From the NCBI GenBank assembly GCA_963790475.1, contig CAWBOS010000012.1, positions 1,312,001-1,376,000 on the forward strand: DNA of 64,000 bases. The letters run 5' to 3'. Positions 52,010-61,051 of this stretch are shown one piece after another (position 1 is the first letter of the stretch; each line of letters starts with the position of its first letter). The notes beneath the pieces are model-generated. The model saw nothing but the letters and a program-made list of their open reading frames with translations. It was not told the DNA's origin and made no database searches. The position numbers were made by a program, and so were the translations under genes. Source of the DNA: an uncultured delta proteobacterium. GTDB lineage: Bacteria; Desulfobacterota; RBG-13-43-22.

Positions 52010-52156
52010 AAGCCGAATCCTTTACCTTGGGGAATTATCAGGTTCTCTGAGGCATGGCGTAAATTATACACGGTGTAGGAGGCGGGGTCAAACAACTTTG
52101 ATGGACTTAATGCGATTTCAATATCAAATATCACAAATTTGTAGTCGGCTGCATGA

Positions 52157-52783
52157 TTATTTTGCAGATCCCACGGTAAAATTCCCGGCCTTGAGTTCTC
52201 TCAGTAGGTCGGCCTCCGTGTCGATATTTTTTTTAAAATCGGTCACCCAGGTTCCCAGGGCGCCGATCTCATGAGCGTCACTTCCGGCGGTTCCCGGGAG
52301 CCCCAGCCTTTCGGCTACGTTTCCGGCGACTTCGTTTTCTTTCTCCGTCACCCGGCCGTTTCTTATTTCAACCGCATCCACGAATTGCAAACTTTTCTTT
52401 TTACAAGCCTGATCCAGGGTCAGTCCCAGTTGGCCCACCCCGAACATCTTGAACCCGCGAAAAGGATGGGCGGCAATGGAAAATCCATTGACAGATTTAA
52501 CGATCTCGCTCAACTCCTGAATCGTGATGATTCCCAGAATATTGCTCTCAAGACCGAAAACAAGGACATCGCCCTGGGCGGTGGTGATTTCATTCCCTCT
52601 GAATATTCTGATCCCCTTATTTTCGGCCAATCCCACCACCTCATCCCAATCCCACATTACTTGATGTTCGGTGAGGCAAAAACCGTCCAGACCGATCCGT
52701 TTCGCCTCCTGAATCAGTTCCGCCGGATTGATGTTGCTGCAGGAAGAGCGGGGGTAGGTGTGAACATGAAGATCAATAAGCAT
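52157..52783 (-). CDS. PHP-domain metal-dependent phosphoesterase
   Basis: DLHVHT, TEH, AHP, GSDAH. Confidence 0.92.
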   Translation of the reverse strand: MLIDLHVHTYPRSSCSNINPAELIQEAKRIGLDGFCLTEHQVMWDWDEVVGLAENKGIRIFRGNEITTAQGDVLVFGLESNILGIITIQELSEIVKSVNGFSIAAHPFRGFKMFGVGQLGLTLDQACKKKSLQFVDAVEIRNGRVTEKENEVAGNVAERLGLPGTAGSDAHEIGALGTWVTDFKKNIDTEADLLRELKAGNFTVGSAK

Positions 52784-52794
52784 CGGCGGCCCTT

Positions 52795-53211
52795 CTATCG
52801 TTGTCGGCCGGCCAGAAAATCTTCCTGATCCAGCTCCGGGTTTTCTTTGAGGGCCTTGGACAAATCTCTGGATAAAACGGCCGAATTAAGGCACCGACCG
52901 CATTCAATGATGATCTCGGCCAGATGTTCACAACCCTTTCGGCCTATCTCTCTCATCACCTTTTTATCCCATTCCGCCTCCCGCAAGGATAACCCGACGG
53001 CTGCTGGAAGGACTGAAATGGCCTGGGGACACACGAAATTAGTATAGCGCTTCATATTTCCCTGAAGCCGCAGTATGGTTCCGTCATCTATCCGCACATC
53101 CATGGAAATTTCCATGCCGTAAATATGATCCTCCTGGATCCCGTTGAATCGAATGGTGTTGTCGTCCAGAAATTCAGCACCGACCACTTGGGTTCGTTGA
53201 AAGGTTATCAT
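52795..53211 (-). CDS. DUF2889-like protein
   Basis: FQRT..DHIYGM..CP..GCEHLAE pattern. Confidence 0.6.
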   Translation of the reverse strand: MITFQRTQVVGAEFLDDNTIRFNGIQEDHIYGMEISMDVRIDDGTILRLQGNMKRYTNFVCPQAISVLPAAVGLSLREAEWDKKVMREIGRKGCEHLAEIIIECGRCLNSAVLSRDLSKALKENPELDQEDFLAGRQR

Positions 53212-53221
53212 GTTTTTCTCC

Positions 53222-53713
53222 TTATAGATTCAAACCCTGCATAATGGGGCTGTCATCCTGGAACGAAATACAGCTTCTGACCAGACGGGGATTGGTTTTT
53301 AGCCTTTCCCGGAGAGCGGCCAGTTTTTTTTCAGGGTCAGTGACCTTTTCCCCGGCTTCGATCCCGGGCCGGGTGAAATGGAGGATGACGGCATTGCTGG
53401 ATTCCAATACCGCATCCATCAGTAAAGAGCATCCCGAGGCTCCTCCCAAAAGGCCGGCCAGGATTTTGCGAAGACCGGACCCGATGCTGACCCCCTCCAC
53501 TTTTTTAATCTGTTTCGAAGCGTTACGGCAGGAAAAAGGTGGAAATTTTTCCAGCCGGGCTTCCGCTTCAATGATTTCCAGTTCAGGAGGCTGGACGATC
53601 AACCGAATTTCCGCCTTAAGCAAATCGTCGGTAAGCCGCCAGGAAACACTCAGGTCTCCATCCGGCAGAGGTTCGACTTCAATCACCTTGTTGCGTAAAA
53701 AATGTAAGGTCAT
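53222..53713 (-). CDS. DUF2889-like protein
   Basis: FLRNK..PFSC..LGGASGC..SCISF pattern. Confidence 0.65.
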   Translation of the reverse strand: MTLHFLRNKVIEVEPLPDGDLSVSWRLTDDLLKAEIRLIVQPPELEIIEAEARLEKFPPFSCRNASKQIKKVEGVSIGSGLRKILAGLLGGASGCSLLMDAVLESSNAVILHFTRPGIEAGEKVTDPEKKLAALRERLKTNPRLVRSCISFQDDSPIMQGLNL

Positions 53714-55143
53714 CAGAACTCCTTATTTTTTTCAAGTCGTTCTTTTTGAATGTTTTTTAATTTCAGCCAGACCTCTTCCACCTGTTTGCGGGTGTCGGCG
53801 AGGGAACCGGAGTTGTCCACCACCAGATCACAATACCCTTTTTTTTCTTCCACGGGCATTTGAGAACGGATAATCTTCAAGGCCAGTTCTTCATTGATGT
53901 GGTCTCGTTCCATTAACCTTTTTAACTGGACTTTCTCAGGGGCATAGACCATCAGCAGATGGTCGAACATGGCCTGCATATGGGTCTCGATTAGAAGGGG
54001 AATCACGACTTGGATGATGGCTTGTTCCTTCCCTTGGGACAATTGTTCAACCTGCTCCGAATAAGCCTCTCCGATTCTAGGATGGGTGAAACTTTCCAGT
54101 TTTTTACGTTTTTCCATATCCCGGAAAACGATTTCCCTGAGTTTTTCCCGGTCCAGCGTTTTATCTTTGGCCAACACTTGTTTGCCGAAAAAAGAAACGA
54201 TATCCTCGTAGGCTGGTTTGCCCGGCTCCACGACCACCCGGCTCAGGACGTCAAAATCAATCATCGGGGCACCCAACTCTTCCAGCATTTTGGCCACGGT
54301 GGACTTTCCCGTTCCGATACTGCCGGTGACGCCCAACAGGAGGCGGCCGGGGTGTTGACGCTGGCGGCCCGATCTGGCTTCCGATTGATAGGCGGCGGGA
54401 AATTGGCCGGCAATATCGGCCTCGGCCCCGGCATAACTGATGGGATAGCGGATTCCTCTCCGGTAAAGGGCCTCCATGCCTCTTAGGGCCTTATCGACCA
54501 ACGAGGGTGGAAGGGCCATGACTAATTCATCATCCTGGGCGTGGCCATAACGCCTTTCACCGTAACAGGGTATGGTCAAAGAAGGTTTTCCGGTGAGATA
54601 ACAACGGGCGATGGCATCGGAACACGAGGATTCCCCCACACAAAAGAATTCCATGACTTCATAATCTTCAAATTGAAGGGAATTGATCAAAAGCATCATC
54701 TGGGCCGGATTGGCATAAATCAGGACCATATCCGGATCGAAGGGGTTATAGACCAGGGGCGCCATGACCACGGCCTCAAATTTACCGATCGGTATTCGGG
54801 GAACACCGTTTTCAAACTTTCTCCCATCAGCACGGCTTTTGGTCCAGACTATACTTCTAAAGGTTCCGTCTTTCATGTAATCCGCTATGTCAGCTAGGCC
54901 GATAATCGATGGGCACATGAGACTCATAAAATCATCAAGCTCAGCCCCCACCGTCCAATCGAAATTCCGGACCAGATTGATGAGCTGGCACAGGGTGGAT
55001 TTGTGCTTCATCCGGCGAATAAAAGCGATTTTACCAATGTCTTCTTTGTGCTCAAGCAGTTTGAAGGCCACGGGAAAGGATTTGAGCCGCATTAACTGCT
55101 CCATCCTGCGGATCGGTTTCTCCCAATCTCGGGTTGTGCTCAT
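53713..55143 (-). CDS. DUF169 - dephospho-CoA kinase fusion
   Basis: N-terminal PVAFK, LCQ, CP, PD..NPAQ, CSD, PCYGERRY; C-terminal GVTGSIGTGKS, THP, IPLL.E, SQM. Confidence 0.85.
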   Translation of the reverse strand: MSTTRDWEKPIRRMEQLMRLKSFPVAFKLLEHKEDIGKIAFIRRMKHKSTLCQLINLVRNFDWTVGAELDDFMSLMCPSIIGLADIADYMKDGTFRSIVWTKSRADGRKFENGVPRIPIGKFEAVVMAPLVYNPFDPDMVLIYANPAQMMLLINSLQFEDYEVMEFFCVGESSCSDAIARCYLTGKPSLTIPCYGERRYGHAQDDELVMALPPSLVDKALRGMEALYRRGIRYPISYAGAEADIAGQFPAAYQSEARSGRQRQHPGRLLLGVTGSIGTGKSTVAKMLEELGAPMIDFDVLSRVVVEPGKPAYEDIVSFFGKQVLAKDKTLDREKLREIVFRDMEKRKKLESFTHPRIGEAYSEQVEQLSQGKEQAIIQVVIPLLIETHMQAMFDHLLMVYAPEKVQLKRLMERDHINEELALKIIRSQMPVEEKKGYCDLVVDNSGSLADTRKQVEEVWLKLKNIQKERLEKNKEF

Positions 55144-55165
55144 GTTGGTCTCCTATCATGAAAGC

Positions 55166-55263
55166 AGGCAAGAGGCGAGAGGCTAAGAGATAAAAGAATA
55201 AACAGTAAAGCTTTTATCTCCCCTTTTATCTTCAACCTTTTACCTCGATCCTCGTTCCTTCGG
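55166..55263. repeat. Opposed 7-bp arrays in the spacer after the DsrE-like gene
   Basis: aggcaag-aggcgag-aggctaa / cctttta-cctcgat-cctcgtt-ccttcgg. Confidence 0.65.
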
Positions 55264-55321
55264 ATTCTCGCCTTCTTCCAAGGCTTACTATATTCTCTTT
55301 CCCGGGGCAATGAAAAAAAGG

Positions 55322-55672
55322 TTAAAAATTAAAGACCTTGGCCTCCGCCGCCAGATCAATCAAATGTGGTCCGCCGTCCAGGACCATATTGGAAAAGAAT
55401 TTGGCCTCGTCCACCTGACGGGCCTCGGCACAGGGGATTCAGACCCCGATAGGGATCTCGTTTTCCACCAAATAGGGCAGATAATCATTCGGGCAATCCC
55501 CGGTTGCGGTTTTGACGGTCATGTCCCGTGATGAATCGGCCCAATTGACTCCGTCGTCAATGAAAAAAATATTCACCTTATGCCCTTTGGTATGGGCGAT
55601 TTTACCGAACTGAAAACATCTTGTTGCGCTATCCACAGAATCTTTGCTTAACACGAATAAGAAATTAGCCAT
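55322..55672 (-). CDS. DsrE-like selenoprotein (116 aa, UxxC; Sec at TGA 55439-55441)
   Basis: IFFIDDGV DsrE motif; read-through gives GVUIPCAEARQVDE...AKVFNF-stop; SECIS-like hairpin GGCCCGTC-AGGTG-GACGAGGCC follows the TGA. Confidence 0.85.
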
Positions 55673-55693
55673 CTTTCCCTCCAGACAATCTAT

Positions 55694-56875
55694 TTAAATG
55701 CTAACAGAATGCTTTTTAACGATTTCAGCTATATCCATCACCCGGAGGCTGTCGTCCAATGCCTCCGCCTTGACGGCGTCTTCAAGCATCTTGGCGCATT
55801 GGGGGCAGGCCACCGCTATGATCTCGGCCCCGGTTTCCAGGGCCTCCCGGACGCGGACCCGCGCCGGACTGTCTTCCCCCGGACCGATGATATCGGTAAA
55901 GAAGTTCCCACCGCCTCCGCCGCAACAAAAGGCATTTCCCTTATTCCGGCGCATCTCTATGAATTCAAGGCCGGGGATGCTCATCAATATTTCTCGCGGG
56001 GGCTCATAAATTTGATTGTGCCGGCCCAGATAACAGGGATCATGATAAGTCACCTTGGCGCGAAATTCAGAAAGGGTTATCTTTTTATCTTTGATCAATC
56101 CGGCCAGGATTTCCGTAAAGTGATAGACCTCAAAATTTCCTCTCAGTTTGGGATAATCCTTTCTAAAGGTGTTCAGAGCATGGGGATCCAGGGTGATGAT
56201 TTTTTTAACATCCATTTTTTTGAATTCCATGATGTTATTTTCGGCCAATTGAGTAAAAAGCCCGGTCTCTCCCAGGGCCTTGACCTCATTCCCGTCGCAG
56301 GTCTCCCGATGGCCCAATATACCCACAGACAAGCCGACAGCAGACAGCAGGCCCCCCACGTTGCGGGCCATCCTTTGCCCCACCTCATCATAAGACCCGA
56401 CACAACCGACATAGAACAGATATTCCTGATCGGAAAATTCTGGCAGTCCGGTTCCTTCGGCCCATTTCCCTCTCTCATCTTGTGGCAGCCTATAAGGGTT
56501 ACCGTTCACAGAAATGGCCTTGAAATAATCCCGGACCTGCGGCGGGATCTTACCCTCATTGACCAATTCCGCCTTGGTCTCCTGAAATATTTCCGGCAGA
56601 TAGTCCTTGAATCTCGGAAAGACACACTGCTCCTTGCAATTGTCGCAGGCGGCACAGGAATAAAGGATCTCGGCAAAATGGGGGCTGGTTTCTATCTCTC
56701 CGTTGAGCCAGGCCCTGATAAGCCACATCCGGCCTCCCGGTGAATAGGTGTCCCAACCGAAAGCCTTATAAGAGGGGCAATTGAAATCCACATAATCTTC
56801 GGGGAATTTACAATATCCGCACCGAAAACAGCGATGAACGATCTCGGCGTGTTCTATTTCATGGATGGCGGCCAT
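55694..56875 (-). CDS. Fe-S oxidoreductase with CCG domain (GlcF/GlpC/HdrD-like)
   Basis: CFRCGYC, CAACDNC, YHDPC, CCGGGGG, ACPQC. Confidence 0.9.
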   Translation of the reverse strand: MAAIHEIEHAEIVHRCFRCGYCKFPEDYVDFNCPSYKAFGWDTYSPGGRMWLIRAWLNGEIETSPHFAEILYSCAACDNCKEQCVFPRFKDYLPEIFQETKAELVNEGKIPPQVRDYFKAISVNGNPYRLPQDERGKWAEGTGLPEFSDQEYLFYVGCVGSYDEVGQRMARNVGGLLSAVGLSVGILGHRETCDGNEVKALGETGLFTQLAENNIMEFKKMDVKKIITLDPHALNTFRKDYPKLRGNFEVYHFTEILAGLIKDKKITLSEFRAKVTYHDPCYLGRHNQIYEPPREILMSIPGLEFIEMRRNKGNAFCCGGGGGNFFTDIIGPGEDSPARVRVREALETGAEIIAVACPQCAKMLEDAVKAEALDDSLRVMDIAEIVKKHSVSI

Positions 56876-56876
56876 A

Positions 56877-58256
56877 TCAGTTTACCTCCCAATTTCCGGG
56901 ATTCATGATACCCTGGGGATCCAGGTTTTTCTTGACCATCTGAAGCAACTTCCTGGTGTTGGGGTCCATTTTATTAAGCGTCATCTTCTGTTCCATATAG
57001 TTGGGCTTCCACGGGATCCCGCCCATCTCCAGGGCGAAGGCGGTGGCCTCATCCAGAGCCGATTTCACCCTGGCCATCATGGCCGGATCGGCCCGGTTAA
57101 AGGCAAAGGAGATGCTGAACATCATGGAATGCCCTCCGGAGATCACCCTGGCCGAACTGGCATAGAGGACCTCGTATTTTTCCGCCAGTTCAATGACCTT
57201 GGCGGCATATTGCGGAAAATGCTCAATCAAGGTGATTGGCCCGGAATACTCGAATCCTCCCCCTCTGGGCACATCGGCAAAGGCGGCGATCCCGCGCTGT
57301 GGCATCTCCAAAAGGGTGTCTCTCAAAAACTCAATACCCATGAACCCGCCGTCTTTCGAATCGATAAATTCCTGGACCGCATCCCAGATCATCTTCCTTT
57401 TGAACTCGATTTCTTCTTCAGTATCACCGGTGAAATAGATAGTGATATGATAGTTGTCCTTGAACAAATAAGGTCGGGGTTGAAACCAGACATTGATATC
57501 TTCCAGCATTTCCAGGTGAGTGAGCTTGAAGAGAATCTCCGAAACCAGATCGACCCGATCGGTGACGAATAATTCCACTTCCCTGATTTTTTTGTTCGGG
57601 TAGAGCTTCAACCCCACTTTGGTCAGTATCCCAGTGGTGCCCAGCCAGCCTAAAAAGAGACCGGATAGGTCCGGGAGGGTCGGGCCTTTGGAAAACCAGT
57701 AAGGTCCTATGGAAGGGGAGCCGATTTTGCAAATGTCGCCCGTCGGCAGTACGACCTCCAGACCTGTCACCATGTCGGAGTTGAAGCCGTATTGCTGGGT
57801 CAGCCGGCCCTGACCATGCAAGGATACGTTGGCGGCAATGGTTGTGGTGGGTGGGGCATCCGGCAGGCTGTGTCGCAGATTGGGATGATGATCTTGAAGA
57901 AAGGCCTTGAGCATTCCTTGAGAGGTACCCCCTTCAACCACGGCGTAGCGGGCCTTGGCATTGACTTCTAAAATTTTGTTCATCCGTTTCATATCCATGA
58001 CGATGCCCCCTTTTAACGGGATCACCAGGCCGGTCAAGGACATGCCATTTCCCATGGGTACGACGGGGGTCTTTTCCCTGTTGGCCAACTGAACCACTTT
58101 TTGGACCTGCTCCGTTGTCTTGGGAGCCACGACATAATCCGGGAGGTGCGGGGCTAATACTCCGGGGTCCCGCGAATAAAACCACAGTTCTTCGGGTGTA
58201 TTAGAAACGCCTCGTTCGCCGACTATTTCCTTGAGAGACTTCAAAATATCGCTCAT
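56877..58256 (-). CDS. FAD-binding oxidoreductase (GlcD/D-lactate dehydrogenase family)
   Basis: P..VV.P, GNGMSLTG, LEVVLPTG, LDPQGIMNPG. Confidence 0.9.
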   Translation of the reverse strand: MSDILKSLKEIVGERGVSNTPEELWFYSRDPGVLAPHLPDYVVAPKTTEQVQKVVQLANREKTPVVPMGNGMSLTGLVIPLKGGIVMDMKRMNKILEVNAKARYAVVEGGTSQGMLKAFLQDHHPNLRHSLPDAPPTTTIAANVSLHGQGRLTQQYGFNSDMVTGLEVVLPTGDICKIGSPSIGPYWFSKGPTLPDLSGLFLGWLGTTGILTKVGLKLYPNKKIREVELFVTDRVDLVSEILFKLTHLEMLEDINVWFQPRPYLFKDNYHITIYFTGDTEEEIEFKRKMIWDAVQEFIDSKDGGFMGIEFLRDTLLEMPQRGIAAFADVPRGGGFEYSGPITLIEHFPQYAAKVIELAEKYEVLYASSARVISGGHSMMFSISFAFNRADPAMMARVKSALDEATAFALEMGGIPWKPNYMEQKMTLNKMDPNTRKLLQMVKKNLDPQGIMNPGNWEVN

Positions 58257-58257
58257 T

Positions 58258-59286
58258 TTATACGGCCCCCCTTTCTTTTTCACCGATGGCCATCTTGCAC
58301 AGGTCAATGATATGAATGGGTTTTAAGCCTTTTTTTGACACCTTTTCCGATAAAGACGTCTGACAGGCCGGACAGTTAAAGACGCAATACTCGGCCCCTG
58401 TTTGCAACATATCCTCTATATTTCTCTGCTGGACATCGTCGGCTAATTTATATCCGGAAATGGAACGAAGAATTTCAGCACAGCAAAGGGCATTTTCTTC
58501 CTGATAGGTCCTGTCCGGAAGTTCAACCCCGATGAGATCCAGTATTTCTTTAACCAAATGGTGTTTGTCGGGTATCAGTCGGTTGGAACAAGGGCGTTGA
58601 TAAGCGGCTTTGATGTTGAGGGGCTTTATTTTGTCTTTTAGTTCCCGCAATCTTTCCAGCAAAAAATCCATGTAATAGATCGGCCTAAAGGGGACCTCCA
58701 ATCCATAAGCCGGAGCGATGGAAGTGAAGGTGCCGTAACATTCATCATGGAGGCAAATTACCTCTTTCACGCCCAGCTTGGCAAAATTTTCGATAACCAC
58801 GGGAAGTCTCTCTTTGATGACCGACATCTTAGCAAAATGGCTGTGAACGGCCGGGCACATGAACTCGGCCCCGAACACCATGGCCGAGGACACCTCATTG
58901 AAGATTTCGCCTGTGCCCAATTCGCCGAGGGCCGGGATAAAACAACAGGAGACGGCTTTGTCTTTCACAGCCCCAACCATCTGCTTTCCCTGCATCAGGG
59001 TCATATTGATCCACTGGTTAGTGATGGGCCTGGGAGCGGTATAGATCCCCTTTTCTTCCCGACGCTCTTCGATGAGATAAAAGGGATGATTACCTCGGGG
59101 GCAATATTCCTCACAGGCATAACAGGTGACACAGGCCTGCAGCACAGGGGAGTCTTCCCCTTTGACCACCTTCATCATCTCCGCGTGGGCTTCCTTGACG
59201 CCGAATTTCATATATTGGCATTTCACCAGGCAATCTGCAGTGGGACAGGTGGCACAGACATTTTCATTAAATTTTAACGCTGGCAT
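58258..59286 (-). CDS. Fe-S/CCG-domain protein
   Basis: CATCPTADC..C, CVTCYACEEYCP, YQRPC, LCCA, NCPAC. Confidence 0.85.
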   Translation of the reverse strand: MPALKFNENVCATCPTADCLVKCQYMKFGVKEAHAEMMKVVKGEDSPVLQACVTCYACEEYCPRGNHPFYLIEERREEKGIYTAPRPITNQWINMTLMQGKQMVGAVKDKAVSCCFIPALGELGTGEIFNEVSSAMVFGAEFMCPAVHSHFAKMSVIKERLPVVIENFAKLGVKEVICLHDECYGTFTSIAPAYGLEVPFRPIYYMDFLLERLRELKDKIKPLNIKAAYQRPCSNRLIPDKHHLVKEILDLIGVELPDRTYQEENALCCAEILRSISGYKLADDVQQRNIEDMLQTGAEYCVFNCPACQTSLSEKVSKKGLKPIHIIDLCKMAIGEKERGAV

Positions 59287-59360
59287 GAAAACCTCCTTTG
59301 GATTATTATGGAAAGCTGCTATCCCCTAAATTGTAGTAACCCCATCTTCCTTTATTCCTT

Positions 59361-59402
59361 AAAAAAAAACAAGAAAAACCTCCCTCTCCAAGAACGAGGG
59401 AG
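59361..59402 (-). terminator. Intrinsic terminator
   Basis: ctccctc..gagggag stem followed on the minus strand by a long U-tract. Confidence 0.6.
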
Positions 59403-59469
59403 TTCCCGCCTGGATTTAGGAAACAGGCTCCAAGGAAAGGGAGATAGAAAAAGGACACGGGGCGATGAT

Positions 59470-59557
59470 AGGCGACAGGCAATGGGCGAGAGGCTAAAGC
59501 TCAAAAGATTTTACTGATTATTCTTTAACTATAGCCAATAGCCTATAGCAATAGCCA
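59470..59557. repeat. Opposed 7-bp arrays
   Basis: aggcgac-aggcaat-gggcgag-aggctaa-agctcaa / ctatagc-caatagc-ctatagc-aatagcc. Confidence 0.75.
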
Positions 59558-59589
59558 TTATTCGTTAAATTCTATTTTCAAACTAAATC

Positions 59590-60069
59590 TTAACTGCTAA
59601 TTTGTATTACAGGGTCCCCAATTGTTATCTCTCCACTTTCAATGACTTTACAAAAAACACCATTGGTTGGTAAAAGCGAATATCCTTTGTAGTTGTAGGT
59701 ATGGGATTGAGAGGGGTCTTTTCCAACTTGAATAACTATAAGCCCGGCTTTCCCTATCTGTAATTTCGCCCCGCAGACCATAGAAGATAATTCGATTCCG
59801 CTGGTTCGGATATTTTCGGCAAAACTCCCGGGCTCCGCTTTCATGCCGGATTCCCGGAAAAGGTTTTGAACATCCTCTTCAGCCAGAAGACTGACCTCCT
59901 TTTCCGTGCCGGCATGGGAATCCCCCACCAGACCCCACCCCGTCTGGAGAAGTCCGGAGCCGATATTTTTTTTCGGATCAGATCGATTAAGACTGAGACA
60001 CACACCAAGAACTTTGCCAGTTTTTTTCATATAAGATTCTTTCGATTGAGAACTACTGGTTTCTTCCAT
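59590..60069 (-). CDS. MOSC domain protein
   Basis: GLVGDSHAG, VSLLA, PGSFAENI, QVGK, GVFCKV. Confidence 0.88.
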   Translation of the reverse strand: MEETSSSQSKESYMKKTGKVLGVCLSLNRSDPKKNIGSGLLQTGWGLVGDSHAGTEKEVSLLAEEDVQNLFRESGMKAEPGSFAENIRTSGIELSSMVCGAKLQIGKAGLIVIQVGKDPSQSHTYNYKGYSLLPTNGVFCKVIESGEITIGDPVIQISS

Positions 60070-60814
60070 ACGGACAAATCCTCTTCAACCCCATCAGTTC
60101 ACAGACCCCTGACCCGGTTACTCCATAAATCAGGTAATTTTTCCGATAAGTTTGAATAAGCTCCATAATAGAATCAAAGGTTCCGTTGACGAAGGTCGTT
60201 CCGGTGATAAGTATTACCTCCGATTGTCGAACCAATTCCTCAATCATGGTGTTCCCATCCCAGATTTTCACCCCGAACTTAGTAGAAGTAATATTCTGTC
60301 GATTCAGGTCGGTAATTCTAACATTGTTCTCCCCAAAAGTGTGGACCAGGTTTTCGGCAATGGCCGGATTCATTCCTATGAGACCCACAGCAACTTTTCC
60401 CCAGTGTTCCAGAACATGAGCAGCAATTTCCTTGGCACATCTCTCGGGATCTTCATCCCGGCAATGAATGGTTTTCTCCACCACGTTCAAATGTTTCAGT
60501 ACGGCATTCAGGGTGGCCGTATAAATAGCTCGGTCTTTATTAGACCTGAGAGAACAGGTTAGTATTTCACCTAAGGTTCCAATGAATTCTCCAGGAGAAT
60601 CGGTAAAGGCCTGGGCTCTGGTTCCAAAAACCGTGGCTTCCACCATCCGTTCTTTTCCCACAATAATGGGAAAATCTCTCCTTCCCGGCTCTCCGATGGC
60701 CTCTTCCGGGGTCAAGGTTTTTACCAGAAGCGTGACTTGCGTGTCTTGGAGCTGATTTTCAGTGACGAGTTTTGTCAGTAGATCTTTTGAATGTTCCAAA
60801 AAAGGCTTTTTCAT
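60053..60814 (-). CDS. DUF364-like (Rossmann-like) protein
   Basis: LTPEEAIG, QAFTD, ITGTTFVNGT. Confidence 0.7.
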   Translation of the reverse strand: MKKPFLEHSKDLLTKLVTENQLQDTQVTLLVKTLTPEEAIGEPGRRDFPIIVGKERMVEATVFGTRAQAFTDSPGEFIGTLGEILTCSLRSNKDRAIYTATLNAVLKHLNVVEKTIHCRDEDPERCAKEIAAHVLEHWGKVAVGLIGMNPAIAENLVHTFGENNVRITDLNRQNITSTKFGVKIWDGNTMIEELVRQSEVILITGTTFVNGTFDSIMELIQTYRKNYLIYGVTGSGVCELMGLKRICPYGRNQ

Positions 60815-60903
60815 CCGAGTAACCCCTCATTAAGTCCTAAAAATATTTTTAATCCGCTGGTAGACAAGCCCATCCACTTCAGGTCAAGATCACAATGAGA
60901 CCA

Positions 60904-61010
60904 TTAATAACTAAATCCTTGTTAACAAGGTCTGTAATATCCATTATGCGAAGTCTGACATCCAATGCTTCTGCCTTGATGGGGTCTTCAAACATCTTGG
61001 CGCATTGGGG
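60904..61010 (-). pseudogene. 3' remnant of a CCG Fe-S oxidoreductase paralogous to 55694-56875
   Basis: PQCAKMFEDPIKAEALDVRLRIMDITDLVNK vs PQCAKMLEDAVKAEALDDSLRVMDIAEIVKK. Confidence 0.8.
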
Positions 61011-61051
61011 GGTGATTTCTTTCCCTGGGTGTTTCCTTAAACATCCTAATT

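Noticed and set aside
55709-56743. Long antisense ORFs (344 aa here; also 28330-29235, 38068-38847, 56865-57572)
   Set aside because: Shadow frames of well-supported genes with no recognisable motifs.
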